A model generated the notes under the pieces. That model made no database searches. It saw only the letters and a program-made list of their open reading frames with translations, and was not told the origin of the DNA. The position numbers were made by a program, and so were the translations under genes. From Eledone cirrhosa (Eukaryota): a DNA stretch of 64,000 bases. The stretch spans positions 109,864,001-109,928,000 of the forward strand of contig OZ024744.1 of NCBI GenBank assembly GCA_964016885.1, in the 5' to 3' direction. Below, one piece after another: positions 55,305-64,000 of the stretch (position 1 is the first letter of the stretch; every line of letters starts with the position of its first letter).

Positions 55305-55420
55305 ACATACATACATACATACATACATACATACATACATACATACATACATACATACATACATACATACACACATACATACACACATACATACACACAT
55401 ACACACACACATACATACAC
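55305..55420. repeat. (ATAC)n microsatellite
   Basis: Directly visible. Confidence 0.95.
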
Positions 55421-55785
55421 TCCACACTTTGAAAATATGATTTATATTCTGGTGACAGGTGTGTTGAAAAAATGGTGAGAGATAGTATTAATTTTATTTG
55501 TTAATATTATTAAATTTTCCTTTGATTTCCCTTTATGTGCAATGACTGCCGAGTATCAACCAGATACTCAGCTCAGGTTTGGTCAGTTTTTGATAGTTTT
55601 TTTTGTTATCCTCTCTTCTTTTTGCCGCCCTCACAAAAGTTGTTCGGTAAATAATTTTTTTTTTAATTTTGAGAAAATAAATATGAAAAAATAGTAGAAA
55701 GAGATAAGAAGAAGTATTATGGAGTATAGTAGATATGAATTAATTTGGCATTAAAGATATTTGAATAGTATTAAATATTAATTAA

Positions 55786-56343
55786 GGCGGTGGATTGGCA
55801 GTATCGGTAGAGGGTCGGACGCCAGCATAGTTGCGTCCCTTTACGATCTGAGTTCAAATCCTGCCGAGGTTGACTTTGCCTTTCATCCTTACGGGGTCGA
55901 TAAAATAAAGTACCAGTAATGCACTGGATAATTGCTGGCCTTGTGCCTAAAGTAGAAACAATTAAATATTAATTAAGGCGGTGGATTGGCAGTATCTGTA
56001 GAGGGTCGGACGCCAGCATAGTTACGTCCCTTTACGATCTGAGTTCAAATCCTGCCGAGGTTGACTTTGCCTTTCATCCTTACGGGGTCGATAAAATAAA
56101 GTACCAGTAATGCACTGGATAATTGCTGGCCTTGTGCCTAAAGTAGAAACAATTAAATATTAATTAAGGCGGTGGATTGGCAGTATCGGTAGAGGGTCGG
56201 ACGCCAGCATAGTTACGTCCCTTTACGATCTGAGTTCAAATCCTGCCGAGGTTGACTTTGCCTTTCATCCTTACGGGGGTCGATAAAATAAAGTACCAGT
56301 AATGAACTGGGTAATTGCTGGCCTTGTGCCTAAAGTAGAAAAA
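55786..56343 (+). mobile_element. Three head-to-tail copies (191-bp period) of a tRNA-derived SINE
   Basis: Copies start at 55786, 55977 and 56168. Each has A-box TGGCAGTATCGG (one mismatch in copy 2), B-box GAGTTCAAATCC and core GACTTTGCCTTTCATCCTTACGGGGTCGATAAAATAAAGTACCAG. ATTAAATATTAATT occurs before, between and after the copies. Confidence 0.92.
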
Positions 56344-56439
56344 ATTAAATATTAATTGAATTTACTATTAAAATTAAACAGAAAAGATTGTGTGTTGAGA
56401 TTTATTACAAAGACAAAGATTTTGGATTTCATAGATGCT

Positions 56440-57740
56440 AGGTTTACCAGGTATGTTTTCTAGAAACTGTTGATCACCTTTCTGTGACACTTAGAGCTCC
56501 TATCACTACCGGAATAGTTTGTGTTTTAAGGTACCACATTTTGTTTATCTCAATACCTAGATCTTTATATTTAGCAAGTTTCTCATACTCTTTTGCTGAC
56601 ACATTTCTATCAGAAAATAGAGTCATGTTAATGAGTAAGCAGGTTTTGTTTTTTTTAAATCTTTAATACTAATATCAGGGTGGTTAGTATTAATAGTGTG
56701 ATGTGTATGAATGGTAAAGTTCCAAAGGATTGTTGCTCCTTCAGTCTCAGTTACTGGCTGTGATTTGTATTCATACCAGTTTTCTGCATGTTCTTCATTG
56801 TATTTTTTTGCATTTATTCAGTGGATATATTGCCCCACCCTAACATGTCTAATTTTATATTCAGTTGGTGCTAGTGTGGGATATCCTGATATTATATGGT
56901 CAATTGTTTCAAGTTCTACATCACATATCCTACATTTGGGGTCTGCTCCATCTGAGAATATTTGCCTGATAATTCCTTGTAAATCATCTCTGGTCCTGGG
57001 TAACAAAAATATAACCTTCTGTTTCAGCTTTTAATCCTGAACTTCGTAGCCACTGATGGGTTTGTACTTGATTTATATTAGCATCTTTGGAATTGGCAGT
57101 GCAGGGGTTTTTGTTACCATCTATCTCTAAATGTTTTTATACCTTCTAGCTTTGACTTGCTTCTGAGGATATTTCCTGCCTCAGTTGGAATTAGGTCTGC
57201 TTCATTATTTCATTGGTACTCTCTAGATACGTTTGTAAGCCTATTGTTGTTATTTTGTATAATAGTTCCAGTTTGATTAGTTCTTTTTCCCCCCTTCCTG
57301 TCTTGGCAATTATATGTGATCCACGTCGGCCTTAGGGTGATGCATTTTGTTGGCTGTAAGGAGTTTTCTAGTTTTGGACTCCTTTCTTTGAAGATCAAAT
57401 AAATTCCAATTGATGATATTATAACCATATCGTACCACTGGTACAGCTAAGTTGTTTATAGCCTGAAAACTGTTTTTTAAATATTAGTTCAGTTTTCAGG
57501 ATCAGTCTTACTCTTCTGCAATATTCTGTCCATATTTTCATCACCTTCGTTTATACCAAGATATTTATAGGTAGCTTTTGGGTCTAACTCATTTATGATA
57601 GTATCTATATCGAGTTTAACAAATGATGTTTTTGTTAGCTTTCCTCTTTGAACCGTTGCTTTGGCAATTAGTCAATGCCAAATTCCAAGCCAATGCTATT
57701 GCTAAATTGCTTCACAGTTGTTAAAAGTCTTGATTGCTTT
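56440..57740 (-). pseudogene. Degraded R4/Dong-type LINE (RT C-terminal part, CCHC knuckle, REL endonuclease) with stops and frameshifts
   Basis: Minus-strand fragments: TVKQFSNSIGLEFGID*..RGKL..TYKYLGINEG (57540-57735); CRICDVELETIDHIISG..RHVRVGQYIH; ILWNFTI..NHPDISI..EKLAKYKDL..IPVVIGAL. These are collinear with the intact ORF at 61479-63803. Confidence 0.85.
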
Positions 57741-57878
57741 TAACATACACTTTTAAATCCTTCATATATAAAACACATGATTAACGATCTTGTTGTTGCT
57801 GTTCATCTTATACCCGTATCCCTCCAAAAAATGAGGGCAAACAAAGAGGGGTAAAGGGTGCAAGGCGACTTGCAGCAA

Positions 57879-58035
57879 CACCACCACCACCACCACCACC
57901 ACCACCACCATCACTACCACAAGCAGCACCAATAACAACAACCACACCATCACCAGCATCACCACAAACACCAACATCGCAAATACAACAATGCACACAC
58001 ACTTAACAGCAGAAACAAGAAAACAACAACAATAC

Positions 58036-58066
<31 letters not shown>

Positions 58067-58068
58067 AC
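57879..58068. repeat. Low-complexity tract: (CAC)n, C18 and (AC)n
   Basis: (CAC)n at 57879-57910, poly-C at 58035-58052, then (AC)n. Confidence 0.9.
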
Positions 58069-58383
58069 CTCCACCCCGACAAAAAGTACACAGCCATAAA
58101 CAATACAAATAAAGAACTGATAGAACACATAAAGCAGACAGCAGACATTACAGACAAAAATTACTACACCCCGCCAACACCAGGAACATTATCGAAAGAC
58201 ATAAAAATCGTTGAGATCAAACTGGAACAATACAAACATGTAAAAGAAAAATTCCCCAACGCAGTTGGAGACTTCAGAGGGTCACTAACCAAGAGAATAT
58301 ACACCGACATCATCTTGGAGACATCCATGACCAGCCAAAGGGACGGTTCTACGGTCCCTTTCACACACGATCAGGGTAAGTGA
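57991..58383 (+). pseudogene. Possible 3' remnant of ORF1 of the downstream L1/Tx1 element
   Basis: An open frame ends 32 bp before the ORF2 ATG at 58416. Position is the only support; no diagnostic motif was recognised. Confidence 0.4.
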
Positions 58384-58415
58384 TCCTTTCTCACTTACTC
58401 TATTCCTCACCCAGC

Positions 58416-60947
58416 ATGTCCGTACTCAGAATAGGCAGTATAAATGTACGTGATCTGGGTGGGGTCATCTTGGAAGCAGGGCCACCTGCTTAACGACCTC
58501 AGGTCACTAAACATAGATGTGGTGGCCATCAGCGAGACCAGAATTTCCGAAGCACGAAACTTCGCACCGATCCTCGGCGGCTACGATGTATATGCATCTC
58601 CGAGCCGTCCGGTCATGGGCAAACCGCATCGGGTCATCCATATCGTATTTAGATAGGGTATTCTGTAGGGAAACAGATGACGTTAGCGTAGGTTGTCCAC
58701 AATTTAAAATAGTCGACTACACGGACCACAATTTGTGATCTGTGAAGTTGACTTAGATAGACTCCATAGGCAAGGACCCGGTTACTGGAAGCTGAACGCG
58801 TCGTTCCCGACGCACAAAGCTTACAGAGACCGGATTAGCTAATTAGTTAAGCGTGCGTTGACGGGTGCAATCGTCAAAAACAGGTGGTGGTTTACCCTGA
58901 ACAGGGCAATTAAAGTAGGATCGATAAAGTTTAGCAAAGGAGTAAAGATAGAGGAAAATAGAGTAGAAGGAGAGCTAGTTAGAAAACTAGAAGAGGCGTT
59001 TAGGACAGGCATCACAGCCGACGTGCTTGTGGCGAGATTGGCACTCGACCAATTCTTCAACGCAAAGCACGAGGGCTACGTTGTCAGAGCTAGAGCGCGT
59101 GCTCTGAGACACGAAGGGACAAAAGTCGTTCAATGGGCCCGGGTGGTGGAGGTGTGACATGGCAACAAAGCAACAATTCAATCTTTACCTGACCAAAACG
59201 GGCTCAAATTACTCGAACCCGGTGGCGGGCTGGTTCGGAGTATGAACTTCAGTGCATACGTTGGGGGACTGCCGCAGCTCTCGACGACTGCGGCGCAGTA
59301 TTGCGAAAAGCCGATAACAGCAGGTGAAATACGGGAAGCGATGTCTGACTGCACGAGGGGTAAATCGCCAGGTTTGGATAGTCTAATCTATGAGCTTTAT
59401 GCGTACATGCCAGACTTGTTCGGTGACCACTTGGCAGACGTCTACTGCAACTGGCAGCAGAACGGGAGCATTCCCAGTTTTGTGAGCCGGGGAGCAGTGG
59501 CGCTGCTGAGAAAAGACCCGAACAATGGGGATGTTATAGACAACTTCAGACTCATAACTCTGCTAGACGCAGAGTTCAAGACTTTGGCCAAAGTGTTAGC
59601 AACGAGATTGGCGCTTGTCGTCGGTGATCTGGTGGTGAGGCGCAAACATGCGCCATTCCAGACAGATCCATCCACGCCAACTCCACCTTGTGCGATACAT
59701 CATAGAGAGGGTGGTTAAGGAACCTGGCAAGGGTGGGGCCCTGGTTATCAATCTGAATCAATCTGAAGCATTTAGTAGGGTCGACCAGTGTTACCTGGCT
59801 GCGGTCCACAACGCGGCCGGTTTCGGGTCCATTTTGAGGGGTTGTAACGCTGCGATACGCAGCGACATCTGCTCCGTTGTGAGGGTGAACCTGTCACAGC
59901 CGTTCAGCATCATGTGCTCGGTCCGCCAGGGTTGTCCCCTCTCGTCCCTCTTGTACGTATTGTCCCTCGAGCCGTTACTGCACAAATTGGAGACCTTGTC
60001 CCGGCCCAACTCTGGCAAAAATGGAACGCCTTCTCTTCCGCTTTTATGGAAGGGATGTGCTCCCATCGTCAGACGATCCATCTGCTGCCAGCACCCGTTT
60101 TGTGGAGGACTTGGCATGCCGTGGCTGATGATGCGCAAACATGCGCTGAGGCTGCAACATCTCTGGTGTTTCCTTAACGGTGAACAGGTGTGGTGACCGT
60201 TTGCCAGACGTGTTTTTCCCCAGCTCGTCTCATTAACGGGGCTGCATTCCTGGATCAGGAAAAGACCGAGGGATATCGCTTGGAAACTGGAATGTCTCCA
60301 AGCGCTCACCACCTTCTACCAGCTGGGTACTATTATCGGTGGAACATCCTTCTCGGCGTTCTATAGAGGAATAACGAAGGGGAAGAGCGACGACGTTCTC
60401 GGGGAGACCCTGGGCGTTGAAGACGATCAATTATTCGCTCTCTTCAAGAGAACTTTCAGCTCTGGGCCTATGGACAACTTCCAGAAATCCCTGGCCTGGC
60501 AGTGCTACCAGGGAGCGTTGCCGAGATAAGCTCTACAGGCATGGAGGTGCTGTCAGCCGAGCCTGTCCAAGATGCGCGCAGGGCGACGAAACCGTTGTGA
60601 AGGCATTCGTTCAGTGTCCGAGCATTGCTGATTTGCTGTCACGTGTTGGACGGATCCGGTTAACGACTGAGTCTATTGTGCAGATAGCCCCGCCGCCCTC
60701 CTTTAAGGAGGAAGAAGGGCTGGCAGTTTTTGTCTGCCTGGTTGCCATGGCGAAAGAGATTGTATGGTGGACAAGGTTGAAAGGATTGAAGACGGACACT
60801 TTCCTCTTCAGCCAATCCCTAATTAACTTTTCCAAATTTCACTTGAAGAGGAAAATCAGGGTGGAGAGGCAAGTGCTGTCTTCTAGTAAGTTTGTTGAAA
60901 GGTGGGTGAAAGTGGCGAGTCTGGTCCGAGTGAACGGACCCGCCTGA
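58416..60947 (+). pseudogene. Disrupted ORF2 (APE endonuclease - RT - CCHC) of an L1/Tx1-clade LINE
   Basis: Motifs in order: MSVLRIGSINVRDL..DVVAISET; SYLDR..TDH; GPGYWKLN; KSPGLD; NFRLITLLDAEFKTLAKVLATRL; SVRQGCPLS.LLY.L.LEPLL; GGLGMP; CPRC..ETV..AFVQC. There are many frameshifts, and the YADD region is deleted near 59995. Confidence 0.9.
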
Positions 60948-61250
60948 GTATGCGCCTGTAGACTGGGGAGTGGGAGAACTGAGAGAGGTCACTTTCCCTG
61001 GTGGTCAGGGTAGCCGTGGTTTTTTGTGAGGTTTTCACCACGAGTGACCCTCGGAGGTTTCCCCCCTTTTGGGGTATTTTGTGGTTTGAATCTTTTTTAT
61101 TTGTTTTTACACATTTCTATCTTCTTGTTATAACCTTTTTACACGGCCAAAACCCACTTTGTATCGTCCTGTACCGTTCTGTGCCGTCTGTAATGTTTTT
61201 CTTCGTGTTAGCCCTTGTGGCCGATAAAGAAACCATTATCATTATTATTT

Positions 61251-61378
61251 TGGCAGTATCGGTAGAGTGTCAGACGCCATGCTTTGTTTTGTCCTGAGTT
61301 CAAATCCGGCCGAGGTTAACTTTGCGTTTCATCCTTACGGGGTCGATAAAATAAAGTACCAGTAATACACTGCGGTAA
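61251..61378 (+). mobile_element. tRNA-derived SINE copy clipped at both ends (same family as 55786-56343)
   Basis: TGGCAGTATCGGTAGAG...GAGTTCAAATCC..CCGAGG...CATCCTTACGGGGTCGATAAAATAAAGTACCAGTAAT. It lacks the first ~10 nt and the 3' tail. Confidence 0.88.
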
Positions 61379-63843
61379 TTATTATTATTATTGTTATTGT
61401 TATTCCTTGAATCTCAGTCATTGATGTTGGTTAACTGGAAAGTCCGTTGGATTGAATATCAAGCCACTACCTGCAGCCTCAGATATTCAGGACGTATCGG
61501 AGGGTTCTTGCCGTTCCAAGCAAGCATGCCTTTTGAAGCGTTCCAAAAAGCGTGAAGGGGCCGATTTTCTTTAACCATCCCTGGAAACCTTTGGAGATAG
61601 TCCCCAGTGCGCCTATGACAATCGGGATCACTTTGACTTCATGGCAGTTCCAAATCCTTTTCACCTCCCACTTTAGGTCCTGGTATCGGTTAATTTTCTC
61701 CCTCTCCTTCTCTTGCACTCTCGTGTCGAACGGGCAGGCCACATCCACAATCAGGCACGATCTTTTTTCTTTGTCCACAACCACCAGGTCAGGTCTATTG
61801 TGTTCCAGTTTTTTGTCCGTCTGTATCCTAAAATCCCACAGCACCTTCACCTGACTGTTCTCCATCACCGCCTCTGGCCTATGCTCATACCATTTCTCAG
61901 AATGTGGTAGATTGTTTACTTTGCACAGGTGCCAGTGGATCACCCTGCCCATCACATCGTGTCTCCAGCCCTTATAGTGGGTCTGGGCTAGGTGTTTACA
62001 CTCGGACACAATGTGAGCCACAGTCTCCTCTCTCTCTCCACAGATCCTGCACAGTGGGCTAGCCTCCTCCTTGTAGATATGGTGCTTCAACCACTTCGTT
62101 TTGAGGGCCTGCTCCTGCGCAGCCATTAGCATTCCTTCTGTAGCCTTTTTGAGGTCTCCTCTTCTCAACCAGTTCCATGTCTGTGGATCTCTAAATTCAG
62201 TTTTCTCAAAGAAGGTACTATGAAGGGATTTTCCCTTAAGGCTGCTCTTCCTCCTTGATGTTATTTCCTCCTTGGGTATCCCCTGGCCTACTGTCCCCTC
62301 CTTCAGTACAGCTCTGAGCATTGGCTCCTTACTATAGGTCACGTATTTGTATAGGTTGTTTTTCTCCATCTGAACACAGTCCTCTATGCTGATAAGACCT
62401 CTTCCACCCTCAGATCTCCTTAGGTAGAGTCTATCGACATCACTCCTCTTGTGGAACATGTTGTAGATAGTCAATAGCTTCCTAGTCTTCCTATCCATTT
62501 CTTTTTGTTCAGCAACATTCCATCTCAGAATTCCCGCACTGTACCTAATAATAGACACAGCTCGGGAATTTACTGCGCTTATGGCATTTCTGCTGTTCAG
62601 ATGTGACTTCAATACGCTCCTTACTCTCCGAATGTATTCAGTTCTTAACAATTCCTTCATTTTTTTGTTCTTTATGCCATCAGCCTCCAGAACGCCCAAA
62701 TACTTGTATCCTTCCTCAGAGTCAATTTCCTTTATCATCTCACCTGTTGGTATCTGGATCCCGTTACTTCTGCTCAACCTACCCCTCCTCATCACAATGA
62801 CTCCACATTTACCAATACCAAACTGCATACATATATCACTGCTGAAAATACGGACAGTGTCAACAAGCACATCCAACTCCTTCTCACTTTTCCCGAAGAG
62901 CTTAAGATCGTCCATGAAGAGGAGGTGATTGATGGTAAGCTCTCCCCTTCCCAACTTGTATCCTGCTCTCACTTTTCGCAGCATAATGGTCAAGGGCATC
63001 AGGGCAAGGACAAACAACAGAGGGGACAGGCTATCTCCCTGGAAGATACCTCTCTTGATCTTCACGCTTCCCAAGGATACTCCAGTTGATGTCAACTCTG
63101 TCTCCCAGGACCCCATACTCCTGCCCAGCAACTGTCTGATGTTATCTGCCACCCTGAAGATCTCCAGGCTTTTGGTGATCCAGGAATGAGGCACCATGTC
63201 AAATGCCTTTCTGTAGTCTATCCATCCCATGGCAAGATCAGTGTGTCTCCTCCTGCAATTCCCCATTACCATCTTATCAATAAGCAACTGGTCCTTTGTA
63301 CCACGTGACTTCTTTCGGCATCCTTTCTGTTCGTCCGGCAACAAGTTGTTTGTGTGGAGGTGATGGTAGATTTCCTCAGACACAATGCTCGTCAACAGTT
63401 TCCACATTACGGGCAGACATGTGATAGGTCTATAGTTGGTAACATCATTACCCTTGATTCGGTCTTTCATTATCAGAACTGTGGTACCTTTTGTCAACCA
63501 CTCTGGCACCTCACCCGACACCAAGCAGTCATTGAACATGGCCGTCAGCTTCGGGTGGAGGGATGTTAAATGTTTAATCCAATACCCCTGCACACCATCT
63601 GGGCCTGGTGATTTCCAGTTGGTTAGTTTTTTGGCTTGCCCCTTAAGAGTTTCAACTGTGATACTCAAATCAGTCTGTTGCTGTGCCTGCTCACCGATCT
63701 CCCTCTGTACTGTCTCAATCCACCCTGCCTGGGCATTGTGTCTAACATCCTGCTCCCATATTCCTCTCCAGAATGTTTTAGCTTGTTCCGCCCCAGGGAT
63801 CAAGTCGGTGCCTCTTTCTTTCCCCTCAAGCTGTCCAAACAGC

Positions 63844-63844
<1 letters not shown>
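61377..63844 (-). mobile_element. 5'-truncated Dong/R4-clade non-LTR retrotransposon flanked by (TAA)n on both sides
   Basis: Intact RT-CCHC-REL frame, a ~75-bp 3' UTR (61405-61478), a (TAA)n-type tail at 61377-61404 and (TAA)~19 at the 5' junction. Confidence 0.93.
61479..63803 (-). CDS. Reverse transcriptase - zinc knuckle - restriction-like endonuclease polyprotein (N-truncated; the frame stays open to the 63844 junction)
   Basis: Motifs: KSPGPDG, NYRPITCL, WIDYRKAFDMVPH, RGIFQGDSLSPLLF, HLLFMDDLKL, YKYLG, GGRGL, CRICGEREETVAHIVSEC, RHD, RPDLVV, DVACP, KINRY, PIVIGALG. No stops in 774 aa. Confidence 0.93.
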   Translation of the reverse strand: MIPGAEQAKTFWRGIWEQDVRHNAQAGWIETVQREIGEQAQQQTDLSITVETLKGQAKKLTNWKSPGPDGVQGYWIKHLTSLHPKLTAMFNDCLVSGEVPEWLTKGTTVLIMKDRIKGNDVTNYRPITCLPVMWKLLTSIVSEEIYHHLHTNNLLPDEQKGCRKKSRGTKDQLLIDKMVMGNCRRRHTDLAMGWIDYRKAFDMVPHSWITKSLEIFRVADNIRQLLGRSMGSWETELTSTGVSLGSVKIKRGIFQGDSLSPLLFVLALMPLTIMLRKVRAGYKLGRGELTINHLLFMDDLKLFGKSEKELDVLVDTVRIFSSDICMQFGIGKCGVIVMRRGRLSRSNGIQIPTGEMIKEIDSEEGYKYLGVLEADGIKNKKMKELLRTEYIRRVRSVLKSHLNSRNAISAVNSRAVSIIRYSAGILRWNVAEQKEMDRKTRKLLTIYNMFHKRSDVDRLYLRRSEGGRGLISIEDCVQMEKNNLYKYVTYSKEPMLRAVLKEGTVGQGIPKEEITSRRKSSLKGKSLHSTFFEKTEFRDPQTWNWLRRGDLKKATEGMLMAAQEQALKTKWLKHHIYKEEASPLCRICGEREETVAHIVSECKHLAQTHYKGWRHDVMGRVIHWHLCKVNNLPHSEKWYEHRPEAVMENSQVKVLWDFRIQTDKKLEHNRPDLVVVDKEKRSCLIVDVACPFDTRVQEKEREKINRYQDLKWEVKRIWNCHEVKVIPIVIGALGTISKGFQGWLKKIGPFTLFGTLQKACLLGTARTLRYVLNI

Positions 63845-63901
<57 letters not shown>
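63844..63901. repeat. (TAT)n / (TAA)n microsatellite, ~19 units
   Basis: Directly visible. Confidence 0.98.
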
Positions 63902-64000
63902 GAATGCTATGGTTGACGGAGGCTCGGCTCTGTAAGGTATTGTAAATTTTGAACGCTATAACAATTGTAAATTGTTTAAAACTTTAACCAACTTGTAGAC

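Larger units (their letters stand above)
57991..61250 (+). mobile_element. L1/Tx1-clade non-LTR retrotransposon including T-rich 3' UTR and (ATT)n tail; 5' boundary uncertain
   Basis: ORF2 motifs as above. The 3' UTR (60948-61235) ends GATAAAGAAACCATTATCATTATTATT. Confidence 0.8.

Noticed and set aside
51583-55427. MYVC/YIHT-repeat ORFs on both strands
   Set aside because: These are translations of (ATAC)n/(GTAT)n microsatellites.
55551-55569. Perfect 7-bp hairpin GAGTATC-AACCA-GATACTC
   Set aside because: An isolated short inverted repeat with no supporting element ends; expected by chance.
55786-56343. tRNA gene cluster
   Set aside because: A and B boxes are present, but there is no cloverleaf and the spacing is extended. 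Each unit continues into a SINE core and tail.
57762-58157. Hydrophobic Val/Gly-rich minus-strand ORFs resembling membrane proteins
   Set aside because: They derive from the (CAC)n, poly-C and (AC)n low-complexity tract.
61552-63935. Short + strand ORFs overlapping the Dong-like ORF, including poly-Tyr/poly-Leu ends
   Set aside because: They are antisense shadows of the RT frame and translations of (TAT)n.

Overview
Eukaryotic, repeat-dominated DNA with no recognisable host gene. The SINE motifs and (ATAC)n load resemble octopus/cephalopod sequence; this is recalled, not verified. Bases 1-~50464 are one satellite of a 22-bp monomer (CTCTACCTCWCTGTCCMTGTST, roughly 2,300 copies, ~80% pyrimidine on +). 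It has three dimorphic positions and kilobase-scale higher-order duplications. All the giant Cys/Ser/Leu/Pro ORFs are by-products of this stop-free repeat. The last 13.5 kb is a nest of retroelements and microsatellites: a 41-bp minisatellite, tRNA-derived SINEs (one triplicated via its target-site duplication), RTE-derived pieces with (TATG)n tails, a decayed L1/Tx1 element, and three R4/Dong-type REL-endonuclease LINEs. One of those LINEs has an intact 774-aa frame and sits in (TAA)n; another sits inside (ATAC)n. The best lead is a possible microsatellite ecosystem: RTE-derived elements seed (TATG)n arrays, and a REL LINE appears to target those arrays.
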